DNA of 64,000 bases from an uncultured Acidobacteriota bacterium (GTDB taxonomy: Bacteria; Acidobacteriota; Vicinamibacteria; Fen-336). The stretch is from the NCBI GenBank assembly GCA_963703985.1, contig CAVPGH010000001.1:961713-1025712 (forward strand), given 5' to 3'. Every line of letters begins with the position of its first letter. The stretch's first letter is position 1. The position numbers and the translations under genes were made by a program. Below are positions 18,860 to 27,920 of this stretch, piece by piece. Under the pieces are notes generated by a model, which was given only the letters and a program-made list of their open reading frames with translations, was not told where the DNA came from and did no database searches.

Positions 18860-19819
18860 ACGGCCGCCTGACCGGGCGCGATCTCGCGAAGCGGCTCGAA
18901 GTCTCCCTGCGCACCGTGCACCGGGACATGGAGTCGCTGAGCGCCGCGGGAGTGCCGGTGTTCGCGCTGCGGGGCGCGCGCGGGGGCTGGCAGCTGGAGG
19001 AGAACTGGCGTACGCAGGTGCCCGGCCTCGACGAGGCGGAGCTGCGCGCCCTGCTCATGGCCCAGCCGCGGGTGATCGGGGACCGGCGGCTCGCCGTCGC
19101 GGCGGAGCGGGCGCTGGGCAAGCTGATGGCGGCCCTCCCGGCTTCGCTGCGGGAGAAGGCCGCCTCGATCCGGCAGCGCCTCTACGTCGACGCCACGGGC
19201 TGGCGCGGCTCCCCCGAGAACCTCTCGATGCTGCCCGTCGTCCAGGACGCGGTCTCGCGCGACCGCAAGCTCGCCATCCGCTACTGGCGGGCGGGTCGGG
19301 AGCGGGTGGAGCGGACCGTGGACCCTCTCGGGCTCGTGGCCAAGGGCACCACCTGGTATCTCGTTGCCCTCACCCCCGCCGGGTTCCGGACGTACCGCGT
19401 GTCGCGCATCGAGGAGGCGACGGTCCTCGCCGCGGCCAGCGAGCGGCCCGCGGACTTCGACCTCGCCGCCTACTGGACCTCGTCCACCGCGCGCTTCCAG
19501 GAGAGCTGGCCGCGCTACTTCGCGACCCTGCGCCTGGAGCCGCGCGCGGCGGGCTGGATGAAGATGTGGCGCATGACGTCGCCGGTGCCGGAGGCGCCCG
19601 GGCCCGACGCCCAGGGATGGGTCACGCTCCGCGTCCAGTTCGACCACGAGGAAGAGGCGGGCTCCGTCGTCCTCGGCCTCGGTCCGCGCGTGGACGTCCT
19701 CGATCCCCCGGCCCTCCGCGAGCGCGTGGCCGCGGAGGCGGCGGCAGTGGTCGAGCGGATGCGCGCTCAACGAGTACCTGGCCGAGCACGACTGGGGCAG
19801 GGAGGCGAGAGCCCGGTAG
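18814..19819 (+). CDS. YafY-family transcriptional regulator (HTH + WYL domain); probable 1-nt insertion near the 3' end
   Basis: The N-terminus MKADRLLSSLLLLQAHGRLTGRDLAKRLEVSLRTVHRDMESL is the HTH, and GTTWYLVALTPAGFRTYRVSRI is the WYL motif. The track ORF runs on to 21159 antisense to the next gene. Shifting +1 near 19759-19765 gives ...LNEYLAEHDWGREARAR and a TAG at 19817-19819. Confidence 0.75.
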
Positions 19820-19890
19820 CGGCGCTCAGGCAGCCAAGTATCCGGGGCGGCCGCCCGTTTAGATCACCGGAGGCATGGTTACACGCTGGG

Positions 19891-21099
19891 TCAGATAACG
19901 CCCTCCCGTCCCAGCCGCTCGATCTCCGCGTCCGACAGCCCGAGCAGCGAGCCCAGCACCTCGCGGTTGTGGGCGCCCAGCGCGGGGCCGGGCCAGTCGG
20001 TGCCCCCCGGGGTGGCGGAGAGCTTGGGGACGACGGCGGGGACCTTGAGGGGACGGCCCCCGACCTCGACCTCCTCGAACATGCCGCGCGCGCGGTAGTG
20101 GGGGTCGCGGGCGATGTCCTCGGCGTTGTAGAGAAGCCCGGCTGGCACGTCCGCCTCCTCCAGGAGGCGCACGACCTCGCCCGCCGCCCGGCCCGCCGTC
20201 CAGTCCGTGAGCGCCTGATCGATCTCCGCCTCGTGCTCCACGCGCTCGACGTTGGTCGCGTAGCGGGGGTCGTCCGCCATCTCGGGCCGGCCGGCCGCGC
20301 GCATGAGCCTCTTGTAGATCGAGTCCGTGTTGCCGCCGATGGTCACGTACTGGCCGTCCGCGCAGCGATAGGTGTTCGAGGGGACGATACCGCTGATCTT
20401 GGCCCCCTCGCGCTGGCGCACCACTCCGAGCCGGTCGTACTCGGGGAGGAGGCCCTCCATCATGTTGAAGACGGCTTCGTAGATCGCCACGTCCACGTCC
20501 TGGCCGATCCCGCCCTGCGCGCGTCCCCGTCGGGCGTCGCGGTTGTAGAGGGCGATCACCACCCCGAAAGCCGCGTGGAGCCCGGCCAGGCTGTCGCCCA
20601 GGCTCAGGTTCGGGCGCACCGGGGGCTGGCCGGGGAAGCCGTTCAGGAAGCGCAGGCCGCCCACTCCCTCGCACACGGAGGCGAAGCCGGGCTTGTGCGC
20701 GTAGGGGCCGTCCTGACCGTAGCCGGACACGCGCGCGTAGACCACGTCGGGGTTCGTTCTGCGCACGTCCTCGGGACCGAGCCCCCATTTCTCCATCACC
20801 CCGGGACGGAAGTTCTCGACGATCACGTCGCACTCGTCGGCGAGCCGGCGGGCGAGCGCCCGCCCTTCTTCCTTGCGCAGGTCGAGGGTGATGCACTTCT
20901 TGTTGCGGCCCAGGCTGCGCCACCAGAGGGAGGTGCCCTCTTCGAGGAGGCGCCAGACGCGCAGGGGATCGCCGCTCCCCGGGGGCTCGATCTTGATCAC
21001 CTCCGCCCCGTAGTAGCCGAGGATCATTCCCGCGAAAGGGCCGGCGAGGAGCTGGCCCATCTCGATGACGCGGATCCCGTCGAGGGGGCGGGCGGGCAT
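19891..21099 (-). CDS. Family III CoA-transferase (CaiB/BaiF family)
   Basis: ORF 19891-21135. The ATG at 21099 gives MPARPLDGIRVIEMGQLLAGPFAGMILGYYGAEVIKIEPP, the canonical N-terminus. ENFRPG and GIVPSNTYRCADG are also present. Confidence 0.85.
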   Translation of the reverse strand: MPARPLDGIRVIEMGQLLAGPFAGMILGYYGAEVIKIEPPGSGDPLRVWRLLEEGTSLWWRSLGRNKKCITLDLRKEEGRALARRLADECDVIVENFRPGVMEKWGLGPEDVRRTNPDVVYARVSGYGQDGPYAHKPGFASVCEGVGGLRFLNGFPGQPPVRPNLSLGDSLAGLHAAFGVVIALYNRDARRGRAQGGIGQDVDVAIYEAVFNMMEGLLPEYDRLGVVRQREGAKISGIVPSNTYRCADGQYVTIGGNTDSIYKRLMRAAGRPEMADDPRYATNVERVEHEAEIDQALTDWTAGRAAGEVVRLLEEADVPAGLLYNAEDIARDPHYRARGMFEEVEVGGRPLKVPAVVPKLSATPGGTDWPGPALGAHNREVLGSLLGLSDAEIERLGREGVI

Positions 21100-21155
21100 G
21101 GCGCGAAGCTCGGGGCGGATTCTACCTTGCGCCACGGACGGCGCGAGGTGGGACT

Positions 21156-22763
21156 ATGATCGGCCTCGTGTGGTCCTCCACCACGGAGAGCTCCCGCGAA
21201 GCCCCGAAATTCCTGCAGCACCGCGTGGCCCTCTTCGGGCTCGCCGCCGCGGGCCTGGGATTCATCTTCCTGGTGTTCCGCACCGTCCTCTCCCTCTTCG
21301 CGGGCCAGTACGGGGAGTTCGCCGACCCGGGATTCCTGTACCACGTGCTCGGAGTGGCCGCGCTCGTCGCCACCTGGCTCGCCTGCCGGACGGGCTCACG
21401 CTCCCGTAGCTTCGTCCATGCCGCCGAAGCGCTCGGGCTCGTCGGATCGAGCCTCGCCTACGAGCTCATGGGATGGTACGTCCCCCTGCTCAACCGGCCG
21501 GACATGATCGTGCTTCTCGCCCTCACCTACGTACTGATGGCGCGCTCGGTCTACGTGCCCAGCTCCGCGAAACGGACGCTGTGGCTGAGCCTGGTGATCG
21601 GGGCTCCGTTCGTCGTCGGCACCTACGTGGCCTACCTGGGCGCGGACGAGGCCTTCCTTCGCGCGACGGGCGTGGCCGCCCTGACCGCACCGCAACTCGC
21701 TCGCATATTCGCGACGTCCATCGCGGTCTGGTGGTCCATCACCACGGCCCTCGCCACCGCCACTTCTGCCGTGATCTACGGCCTGCGCCGTGACGTCAGG
21801 GAGGCGCGGCAGCTGGGCCAGTACACGCTCGAGGAGAAGCTGGGCGAGGGAGGCATGGGCGTCGTCTACCGCGCGAGCCACGCCATGCTGCAGCGGCCCA
21901 CCGCGGTCAAGCTCCTGCCCGCGGAGAAGTCCAGCGAGCAGAGCATCGCCCGCTTCGAGCGCGAGGTGCGCCTCGCCGCCCGCCTGAGCCACCCCAACAC
22001 GGTCACGATCTTCGATTTCGGCCGCACGCCGGAGGGTGTCTTCTACTATGCGATGGAGCTGCTGGACGGGGCCGCGCTCGACGTGGTGGTGGAGGAGGGC
22101 GGGGCCATGCCCGCCGAGCGCGTGCTCCACGTGCTCGACGGGGTGGCGGGCGCCCTCACGGAAGCCCACGAAGCCGGGCTCGTCCATCGCGACGTGAAGC
22201 CGGCCAACATCATCCTCTGCAAGCAGGGCGGCGCCTTCGACGTGCCTAAGGTGGTGGACTTCGGCCTCGTCAAGGACCTCGCGGCGGGCGGAGTGGCCCT
22301 CACCTCCACCGCGACGCTCACGGGAACCCCCCTCTACATGGCCCCCGAAGCGATCACGTCCCCGAGCACGCTGGACGCGCGCGTCGACCTCTACGCGCTG
22401 GGCGCGGTCGGCTACTTCCTGGTCACGGGGACCCACGTCTTCCCGGGCCGCACGTTCATCGAGGTCTGCAGCCACCACCTCCACCACCAGCCCGAAGCCC
22501 CGAGCGCCCGACTGGGAAGAGCGGTGCCTCCGGACCTCGAGGGCCTGATCCTCGATTGCCTGGAGAAGGACGCGGGCCGGCGGCCGCAGACGGCGAGCGA
22601 GCTGCAGGAGCGGGTGCGGGCGTGCCGGGACTATGGAGCATGGAGCCGGGAGCGGGCTCGCCGCTGGTGGCAGGAGCACGGGGAGGACGTCCGTCACGGT
22701 CGGACCGAGCTGCCGACCCTGACCCGGGTCGAACCGCAGCCGGGGGGAGGCGCACGAGCATGA
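21156..22763 (+). CDS. Ser/Thr protein kinase with N-terminal multi-pass membrane domain
   Basis: Intact 535-aa ORF. About 200 aa of hydrophobic helices are followed by Hanks kinase motifs: LGEGGMGVVYRA, AVKLL, HRDVKPANIIL, DFGLVK and TPLYMAPE. Confidence 0.9.
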   Translation: MIGLVWSSTTESSREAPKFLQHRVALFGLAAAGLGFIFLVFRTVLSLFAGQYGEFADPGFLYHVLGVAALVATWLACRTGSRSRSFVHAAEALGLVGSSLAYELMGWYVPLLNRPDMIVLLALTYVLMARSVYVPSSAKRTLWLSLVIGAPFVVGTYVAYLGADEAFLRATGVAALTAPQLARIFATSIAVWWSITTALATATSAVIYGLRRDVREARQLGQYTLEEKLGEGGMGVVYRASHAMLQRPTAVKLLPAEKSSEQSIARFEREVRLAARLSHPNTVTIFDFGRTPEGVFYYAMELLDGAALDVVVEEGGAMPAERVLHVLDGVAGALTEAHEAGLVHRDVKPANIILCKQGGAFDVPKVVDFGLVKDLAAGGVALTSTATLTGTPLYMAPEAITSPSTLDARVDLYALGAVGYFLVTGTHVFPGRTFIEVCSHHLHHQPEAPSARLGRAVPPDLEGLILDCLEKDAGRRPQTASELQERVRACRDYGAWSRERARRWWQEHGEDVRHGRTELPTLTRVEPQPGGGARA

Positions 22764-24439
22764 GCGCGAAGACACGCCGGCGCTTCCTGGTCGAAGGTAC
22801 TCTCGGAGCCGCGTTCCTCGGAGCGTGGCGGCCGGGACGCGTGGAGGCCGCGCCCGCGTTCGACCTCGTCTTGAAGGGCGGGACCGTTCTCGACGGCACG
22901 GGCGCTCCCGCCTTTGCCGCCGACGTCGCGGTCAAGGGCGACGCCATCGGGGCCGTCGGAGACGTGGCCGCGAGCCAGGCCTCCCGGGCGCTGGACGTCC
23001 GCGGGCTCCACGTCTCTCCCGGATTCATCGACATCCATACCCACTCGGACCGCTCGATCCTGACCTACCCCGGGGCCGAGAGTCGCGCCCGCCAGGGGAT
23101 CACCACGGAGATCACCGGCAATTGCGGGTCGTCGTCGGCTCCTCTCGGTGGCGTCACCGCGGAGGAACGCCGCCGGCGATGGAGGGACGAAGGGGTGGAG
23201 GCCGACTGGGGAGACGTGGCCTCCTGGTTCGCCCGGCTCGAGCGGGCCCGCTTCGCCGTGAACCAGGCCCTGCTCGTCGGACAGGGAACGGTGCGGGAGT
23301 ACGTCATGGGTCCGGTTGACCGGCCGGCGACCGCCGACGAAGCGAAGGCGATGGGGCGCCTTGTCGAGGACGCGCTGGCCCAGGGGGCGGTGGGTCTCTC
23401 CACCGGCCTCGAGTACACGCCGGGGCGGTACACCCCGACCGAGGAGATCGTGGCCCTCGCCCGGGTGGTGGCCCGGGGCGGCGGGTTCTACGCGTCGCAC
23501 ATCCGCAACGAAGAGCGGCAGCTCCTGGAGGCCGTGGACGAGGCCGTGCGGGTCGGCCGTCTCGCCGGCGTGCGCGTGCAGGTCTCGCACGTAAAGGCCT
23601 CCGGCCGCGGCAACTGGGGCAAGCAGGTCGCTTCCCTGGCCCTCATCGAGTCCGCGCGGCGCGACGGGGTGGCGGTGTGGGGCGACGCCTATCCCTACAC
23701 CGCGTACTCGACGGGACTGACCGTGACCTTTCCCGGCTGGGCCCTCGACGGCGGGCGCGCCGCCACCCTCGCCCGCCTCCGCGGGACCGAACGCGAGCGC
23801 ATCCGGCGGGAGGTGGACGACTACGTCCGTAACGGCGATCCTGGCGACTACGCGCTCGTCGTGATCTCGAGCGTGCACGGCGACGCCAACCGGCAATTCG
23901 TGGGCCAGAACCTCGCCCAGGTGGCCGAGGCCTGGAAAGTCGATCCCGCGGAAGCGCTCCTGCGCCTGGTGGACGAGGAGGAGACCGACGTGGGGTACGT
24001 GGGTCACGGCATGAGCGCGGAGAACGTGGATCGAGTGCTGGCCCACCCCCTGGTCATGGTGGGCTCCGATGGGATGGCCATGGCCCCCCAGGGGCGGGCG
24101 CTCCTCTCCCGGCCGCACCCACGGTCCTACGGCTGCTGCCCGCGCGTGCTCGGACACTACTGCCGCGACGGGAAGCTCTTCTCCCTGGAGACGGCGGTCC
24201 GGAAGATGACGAGCATGCCCGCCGATCAGGCGGGTCTCTCCGACCGCGGGCGGACCGCACCGGGCAAGAAGGCGGACCTCGTCGTGTTCGACGCGGCCCG
24301 GGTCCGCGACGTAGCGACCTTCGAGGAGCCGCAGCGCTATCCCGAGGGCATCGTCCACGTCCTGGTCAACGGGGTCTTCGTGGTGGAGAGCGGCGCGGGA
24401 ACCACCGCGCGACCGGGGCGCGTCCTCCGAAAGGCCTGA
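22760..24439 (+). CDS. N-acyl-D-amino-acid deacylase (D-aminoacylase) family amidohydrolase, Tat-exported
   Basis: ATG 22760 overlaps the kinase TGA (ATGA). The twin-arginine signal is MSAKTRRRFLVEG...VEA-AP. Other motifs: LKGGTVLDGTG, GFIDIHTHSD and the C-terminal DLVVFD. Confidence 0.85.
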   Translation: MSAKTRRRFLVEGTLGAAFLGAWRPGRVEAAPAFDLVLKGGTVLDGTGAPAFAADVAVKGDAIGAVGDVAASQASRALDVRGLHVSPGFIDIHTHSDRSILTYPGAESRARQGITTEITGNCGSSSAPLGGVTAEERRRRWRDEGVEADWGDVASWFARLERARFAVNQALLVGQGTVREYVMGPVDRPATADEAKAMGRLVEDALAQGAVGLSTGLEYTPGRYTPTEEIVALARVVARGGGFYASHIRNEERQLLEAVDEAVRVGRLAGVRVQVSHVKASGRGNWGKQVASLALIESARRDGVAVWGDAYPYTAYSTGLTVTFPGWALDGGRAATLARLRGTERERIRREVDDYVRNGDPGDYALVVISSVHGDANRQFVGQNLAQVAEAWKVDPAEALLRLVDEEETDVGYVGHGMSAENVDRVLAHPLVMVGSDGMAMAPQGRALLSRPHPRSYGCCPRVLGHYCRDGKLFSLETAVRKMTSMPADQAGLSDRGRTAPGKKADLVVFDAARVRDVATFEEPQRYPEGIVHVLVNGVFVVESGAGTTARPGRVLRKA

Positions 24440-24524
24440 CGGTGACCGGGTCGTCCCGCTCGGTGCCGCGGTACGCGGAGCCGTGCGGGATGTGCGAAAA
24501 TCGGCATTCCCGCGGGGGTGATCG

Positions 24525-26051
24525 ATGACGACGGCGTCCCCTCTCGCCCCGGACCGCCTGTGGTCGCGGCCGCGCAGGGCCACGCCGATCCGGACGGGAG
24601 CCGAGTACGTCGAGTCGCTGCGGGGACGGGGTCTGCGCGTCTTCCTGATGGGCGAGCCCGTGCCCGAGCCGGTGGACCATCCGATCATCCGCCCCTCGAT
24701 CAACGCGGTGGCCCGCACCTACGATCTCGCTGTCGAGGACCCCGATCTCGCTACCGCCCCTTCCGGGCTCACCGGCCAGAGGGTCAACCGCTTCCTGCAC
24801 GTGACGGGGACCGCGGAAGACGTGGTGATGCAGAACCGCATGCAGCGCCGGCTGGGCCAGCTCACCGGCACCTGCTTCCAGCGCTGCGTGGGGATGGACG
24901 CCTTCAACGCGCTCTACTCGGTCACCTTCGAGGTGGATCGGAAGCACGGCACCGCGTACCACGGCCGCCTGCGGGAGCTCCTCAAGTACTGCCAGGAGGA
25001 GAACCTGGTGGTGGGCGGGGCCATGACCGACCCCAAGGGCGACCGCTCGAAGGGCCCGTCGCAGCAGGACGACCCGGATGTGTTCGTGCGGATCGTCGAG
25101 CGCCGGCCGGACGGCATCGTGATCCGCGGGGCCAAGGCCCACCAGACCGGCTGCATCAACTCCCACTGGATCCTGGTCATGCCCACGATGCGCCTCACCG
25201 AGGCCGACCGCGACTACGCGGTGGTGGCGGCGGTGCCGGTGGACCACCCGGGCCTCACCTTCATCTATGGGCGCCAGTCCTGCGACACCCGGGCCCTCGA
25301 GGGCGAGATCGACCAGGGCAACGCGCGCTACTCCGGCCAGGAGGCCATGATCGTCCTCGACGACGTGTTCGTGCCCTTCGAGTACGTCTTCATGGACGGG
25401 GAGACCGAGTTCGCGGCCCTCCTCGTGGACCGCTTCACGACCTACCATCGCCGCAGCTACGTCTGCAAGACGGGGGTGGGGGACGTGCTGATCGGGGCCG
25501 CGGCCAGCATCGCCGACATGAACGGGGTGCCCAGGGCCTCGCACGTGCGCGACAAGCTCGTAGAGATGGCCCACCTCAACGAGACGATCTACGGGGCGGG
25601 CCTCGCTTCCTCGTTCGAGTCGAAGCCCACCCCCGCCGGCAACTACCTGAACGAGCCGATGCTGGCCAACGTCTGCAAGCACAACGTGACGCGCTTCCCT
25701 TACGAGCTGGCCCGGCTGGCCCAGGACCTCGCGGGCGGGCTCGTGGCCACCTTGCCCTCCCAGAAGGACTTCGAGAGCCCGGTCACCGGGCCCCTCCTCC
25801 GCAAGTTCCTCAAGGGCCGATCGGGGGTGGCGACCGAGGCCCGGGTGCGGATCCTCCGCCTCATCGAGAACATGACGATGGGGCGCAACGCGGTCGGCTA
25901 CCTCACGGAGTCGATGCACGGGGCCGGCTCGCCCCAGGCCCAGCGCATCCAGATCGAGCGTGGCCTCGACCTGGAAGGGAAGAAGAAGCTGGCGCGGGAC
26001 CTCGCCGGGATCGAGGACCCGGAGCCGCCTCCCTCCCCGCGCCGCGCCTGA
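24525..26051 (+). CDS. abfD: 4-hydroxybutyryl-CoA dehydratase / vinylacetyl-CoA isomerase family protein (AbfD-like)
   Basis: Intact 508-aa ORF. It is near-colinear, from memory, with Clostridium aminobutyricum AbfD: VDHPIIRPSINAV, TGTCFQRCVGMDAFNA (CxxxC), GAMTDPKGDRSKGPSQQDDPD, GAKAHQTG, IYGRQSCDTR, YHRRSYVCKTGVGDV (His/Cys) and ESMHGAGSPQAQRI. Confidence 0.85.
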   Translation: MTTASPLAPDRLWSRPRRATPIRTGAEYVESLRGRGLRVFLMGEPVPEPVDHPIIRPSINAVARTYDLAVEDPDLATAPSGLTGQRVNRFLHVTGTAEDVVMQNRMQRRLGQLTGTCFQRCVGMDAFNALYSVTFEVDRKHGTAYHGRLRELLKYCQEENLVVGGAMTDPKGDRSKGPSQQDDPDVFVRIVERRPDGIVIRGAKAHQTGCINSHWILVMPTMRLTEADRDYAVVAAVPVDHPGLTFIYGRQSCDTRALEGEIDQGNARYSGQEAMIVLDDVFVPFEYVFMDGETEFAALLVDRFTTYHRRSYVCKTGVGDVLIGAAASIADMNGVPRASHVRDKLVEMAHLNETIYGAGLASSFESKPTPAGNYLNEPMLANVCKHNVTRFPYELARLAQDLAGGLVATLPSQKDFESPVTGPLLRKFLKGRSGVATEARVRILRLIENMTMGRNAVGYLTESMHGAGSPQAQRIQIERGLDLEGKKKLARDLAGIEDPEPPPSPRRA

Positions 26052-26052
26052 C

Positions 26053-27918
26053 ATGGGGCCCCGGCGCGCCTCGCCACTGTCGGGCCTCCTCCTGGCGTCG
26101 CTGCTCGCGAGCCCGGCGATGGCGGGCGCCCCCGCGTCCCCGGAGCCGCTCCCCGGCCTGCAGCCGGGAAGGCGTGTGGTTCACGAGCTCGTCATCCCCG
26201 TGCGGGTCGTCCTCGTCGGCTTCGACGAGGAGCCGGTGGACGAGGCGGCGCTTCTCCACTCCCTCCCCCGGACCTACAGGCCGGTGGTGCGCTATCCGCG
26301 CTTCTACGGCCAGGGCCGGGACCTCGGCCTCCAGTACCGCTTCCGCTACGGGGTGGAGCGCAAGGGGCGCCGCTTCGCGGACGGCCTGTTCGCGTACCTG
26401 AAGGCGATCGGAGGCCGGGGAGCGCGCACCCTCTACCAGACGCTCTACAACGAGCAGGACAGGAACGTCCTCGACGTGGCCCCGTCCGTGCTCTACGTCG
26501 ACGGTCCCCAGGTCGAGAAGTGGCTGGAGGACAACGACGCGGATCCGAGCGGCGGCCGCGGATACACGCTGTACTTCCTGAACTGGTACGGGCGCGACGA
26601 CTTCCAGTTCCACGTCTACACCAAGACGGACGAGCCGGATCCCGATACCCGCTACAACTTCGGCCAGCTCCGCGACTCGCGGAAGATGGTGGCCTGGGGC
26701 GGGAGCTACGGCCGGAGCTGGTTCTACGACTTCTCGGCGGGGCCGGAGGCGTGGGCGGGCAACTACGACGTCGACACCGCCGACCTGGACGGGGACGAGG
26801 TGCCGGACTACCGGATCCCGCCCATCTGGGAGTACCGACCCGGCGGCTATCGCGACCTCCACCACCTGGGCGAGGACATGGGCCGCCTCGCGCGGTTCGT
26901 GGGGATCGACCTCCTCTTCACGACCTCTCCGCTCTACGACCCGCTCGTCACCGCCCCGGAGGCGGGGGGAGCGAAGGTGGCCCACGTGGCCCTGCTCGAG
27001 GGTGAAGAGGGGACGAGCGGGAAGGATCGCATCGACCTCGGCTACGCCCGCGAGCAGTGGCGTCGCTTCCAGCCCTACTACCGCTGGCAGACGGGCCGGA
27101 GCGACCATCCGCTCGAAGGCGCGGCCCGGCTCGCCTTCGAAATCTTCGTGGGGAAGGTGGCGGACGACCAGGCCTGCTGGACACCCTTCGGGGACCCGTT
27201 CGCACAGCTCTTCTGCCACTTCGGCCGTCGCCTCTCCGAATACGTCCCCGAGTACGGGACCGGCGATCACGTGGAGGCGATCTTTGCCTTCAACACGAAC
27301 GATCCCGGGCTCGACGGCCTCCTCGGCTACGCGGACGACGACTGGGCGACGGGAACCCCGTCCCACGTGTTCATGTTCGACGGCGCCGACGTGCGGGAGG
27401 CGGGCTTCGGGTTCACCGCCACCGGCGTCCACGAGGTGGGCCATCACCTCGGGATGTCGCACCCCCACGACGGTTACGACGCGGAGATGGGGGTCGACTT
27501 CGTGGCCGCGGGCGCCCTCTTCTTCGCCTGGGCCGGGGACGAGAGCCACACCGTGATGCACGACATCGCTCTCAGCAATGGCTTCGGAAAGTTCGACCGG
27601 GACAACATGTACCGCTGGGAAACTGCCGGGTACCTCAACTGGGCCAACGCGATCGCGGGTGCGATCCGGGCGAGCGGCGACGAGGGCGAGGTCCTCGACC
27701 ACGTGAAGGTGGCCGACGATCTGGCCGGGAGGGCCCAGGCCGCCTTGCGGGCCTGGGACTACCTGGCGGCGGCGCAGCACGCGCGCCGGGCCCGTGACGT
27801 CCTCGCCCTTGCCGCGCGCCGGGTGGGCGCGGCGGTTCCGTCCGCGGCCCCTCCCCTGCGACTGGCCGGCGCGAAGATGCGGCCCCCGGCGTGCCGGGCG
27901 CGCTTCCTGCACGAGTAG
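26053..27918 (+). CDS. Secreted putative zinc metalloprotease (metzincin-type HExxHxxGxxH) with a large uncharacterised N-terminal region
   Basis: ATG 26053 lies 1 nt after the abfD stop. Signal peptide LLASLLASPAMA-GA. HEVGHHLGMSH is encoded at 27430-27462 and followed by PHDGYD. The ~430 aa before it contain no motif I recognise. Confidence 0.7.
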   Translation: MGPRRASPLSGLLLASLLASPAMAGAPASPEPLPGLQPGRRVVHELVIPVRVVLVGFDEEPVDEAALLHSLPRTYRPVVRYPRFYGQGRDLGLQYRFRYGVERKGRRFADGLFAYLKAIGGRGARTLYQTLYNEQDRNVLDVAPSVLYVDGPQVEKWLEDNDADPSGGRGYTLYFLNWYGRDDFQFHVYTKTDEPDPDTRYNFGQLRDSRKMVAWGGSYGRSWFYDFSAGPEAWAGNYDVDTADLDGDEVPDYRIPPIWEYRPGGYRDLHHLGEDMGRLARFVGIDLLFTTSPLYDPLVTAPEAGGAKVAHVALLEGEEGTSGKDRIDLGYAREQWRRFQPYYRWQTGRSDHPLEGAARLAFEIFVGKVADDQACWTPFGDPFAQLFCHFGRRLSEYVPEYGTGDHVEAIFAFNTNDPGLDGLLGYADDDWATGTPSHVFMFDGADVREAGFGFTATGVHEVGHHLGMSHPHDGYDAEMGVDFVAAGALFFAWAGDESHTVMHDIALSNGFGKFDRDNMYRWETAGYLNWANAIAGAIRASGDEGEVLDHVKVADDLAGRAQAALRAWDYLAAAQHARRARDVLALAARRVGAAVPSAAPPLRLAGAKMRPPACRARFLHE

Positions 27919-27920
27919 GC

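Noticed and set aside
18814-21159. 781-aa ORF suggesting a very large regulator fusion.
   Set aside because: Only the first ~320 aa are YafY/WYL-like. The remainder is antisense to a clear CoA-transferase gene and is explained by a missing stop (probable 1-nt insertion near 19760).
22556-22759. Long N-terminal extensions offered by the ORF track: 22556 for the aminoacylase, 25960 for the metzincin-like gene, 51140 for nadE, 55077 for the GNAT, 36411 for the PLD, and 9124 for pepE.
   Set aside because: The extensions overlap the preceding genes and translate to Arg/Pro/Gly-rich sequence. Internal starts give canonical N-termini (Tat or Sec signals, family-typical first motifs), often with SD boxes or 4-nt overlaps.
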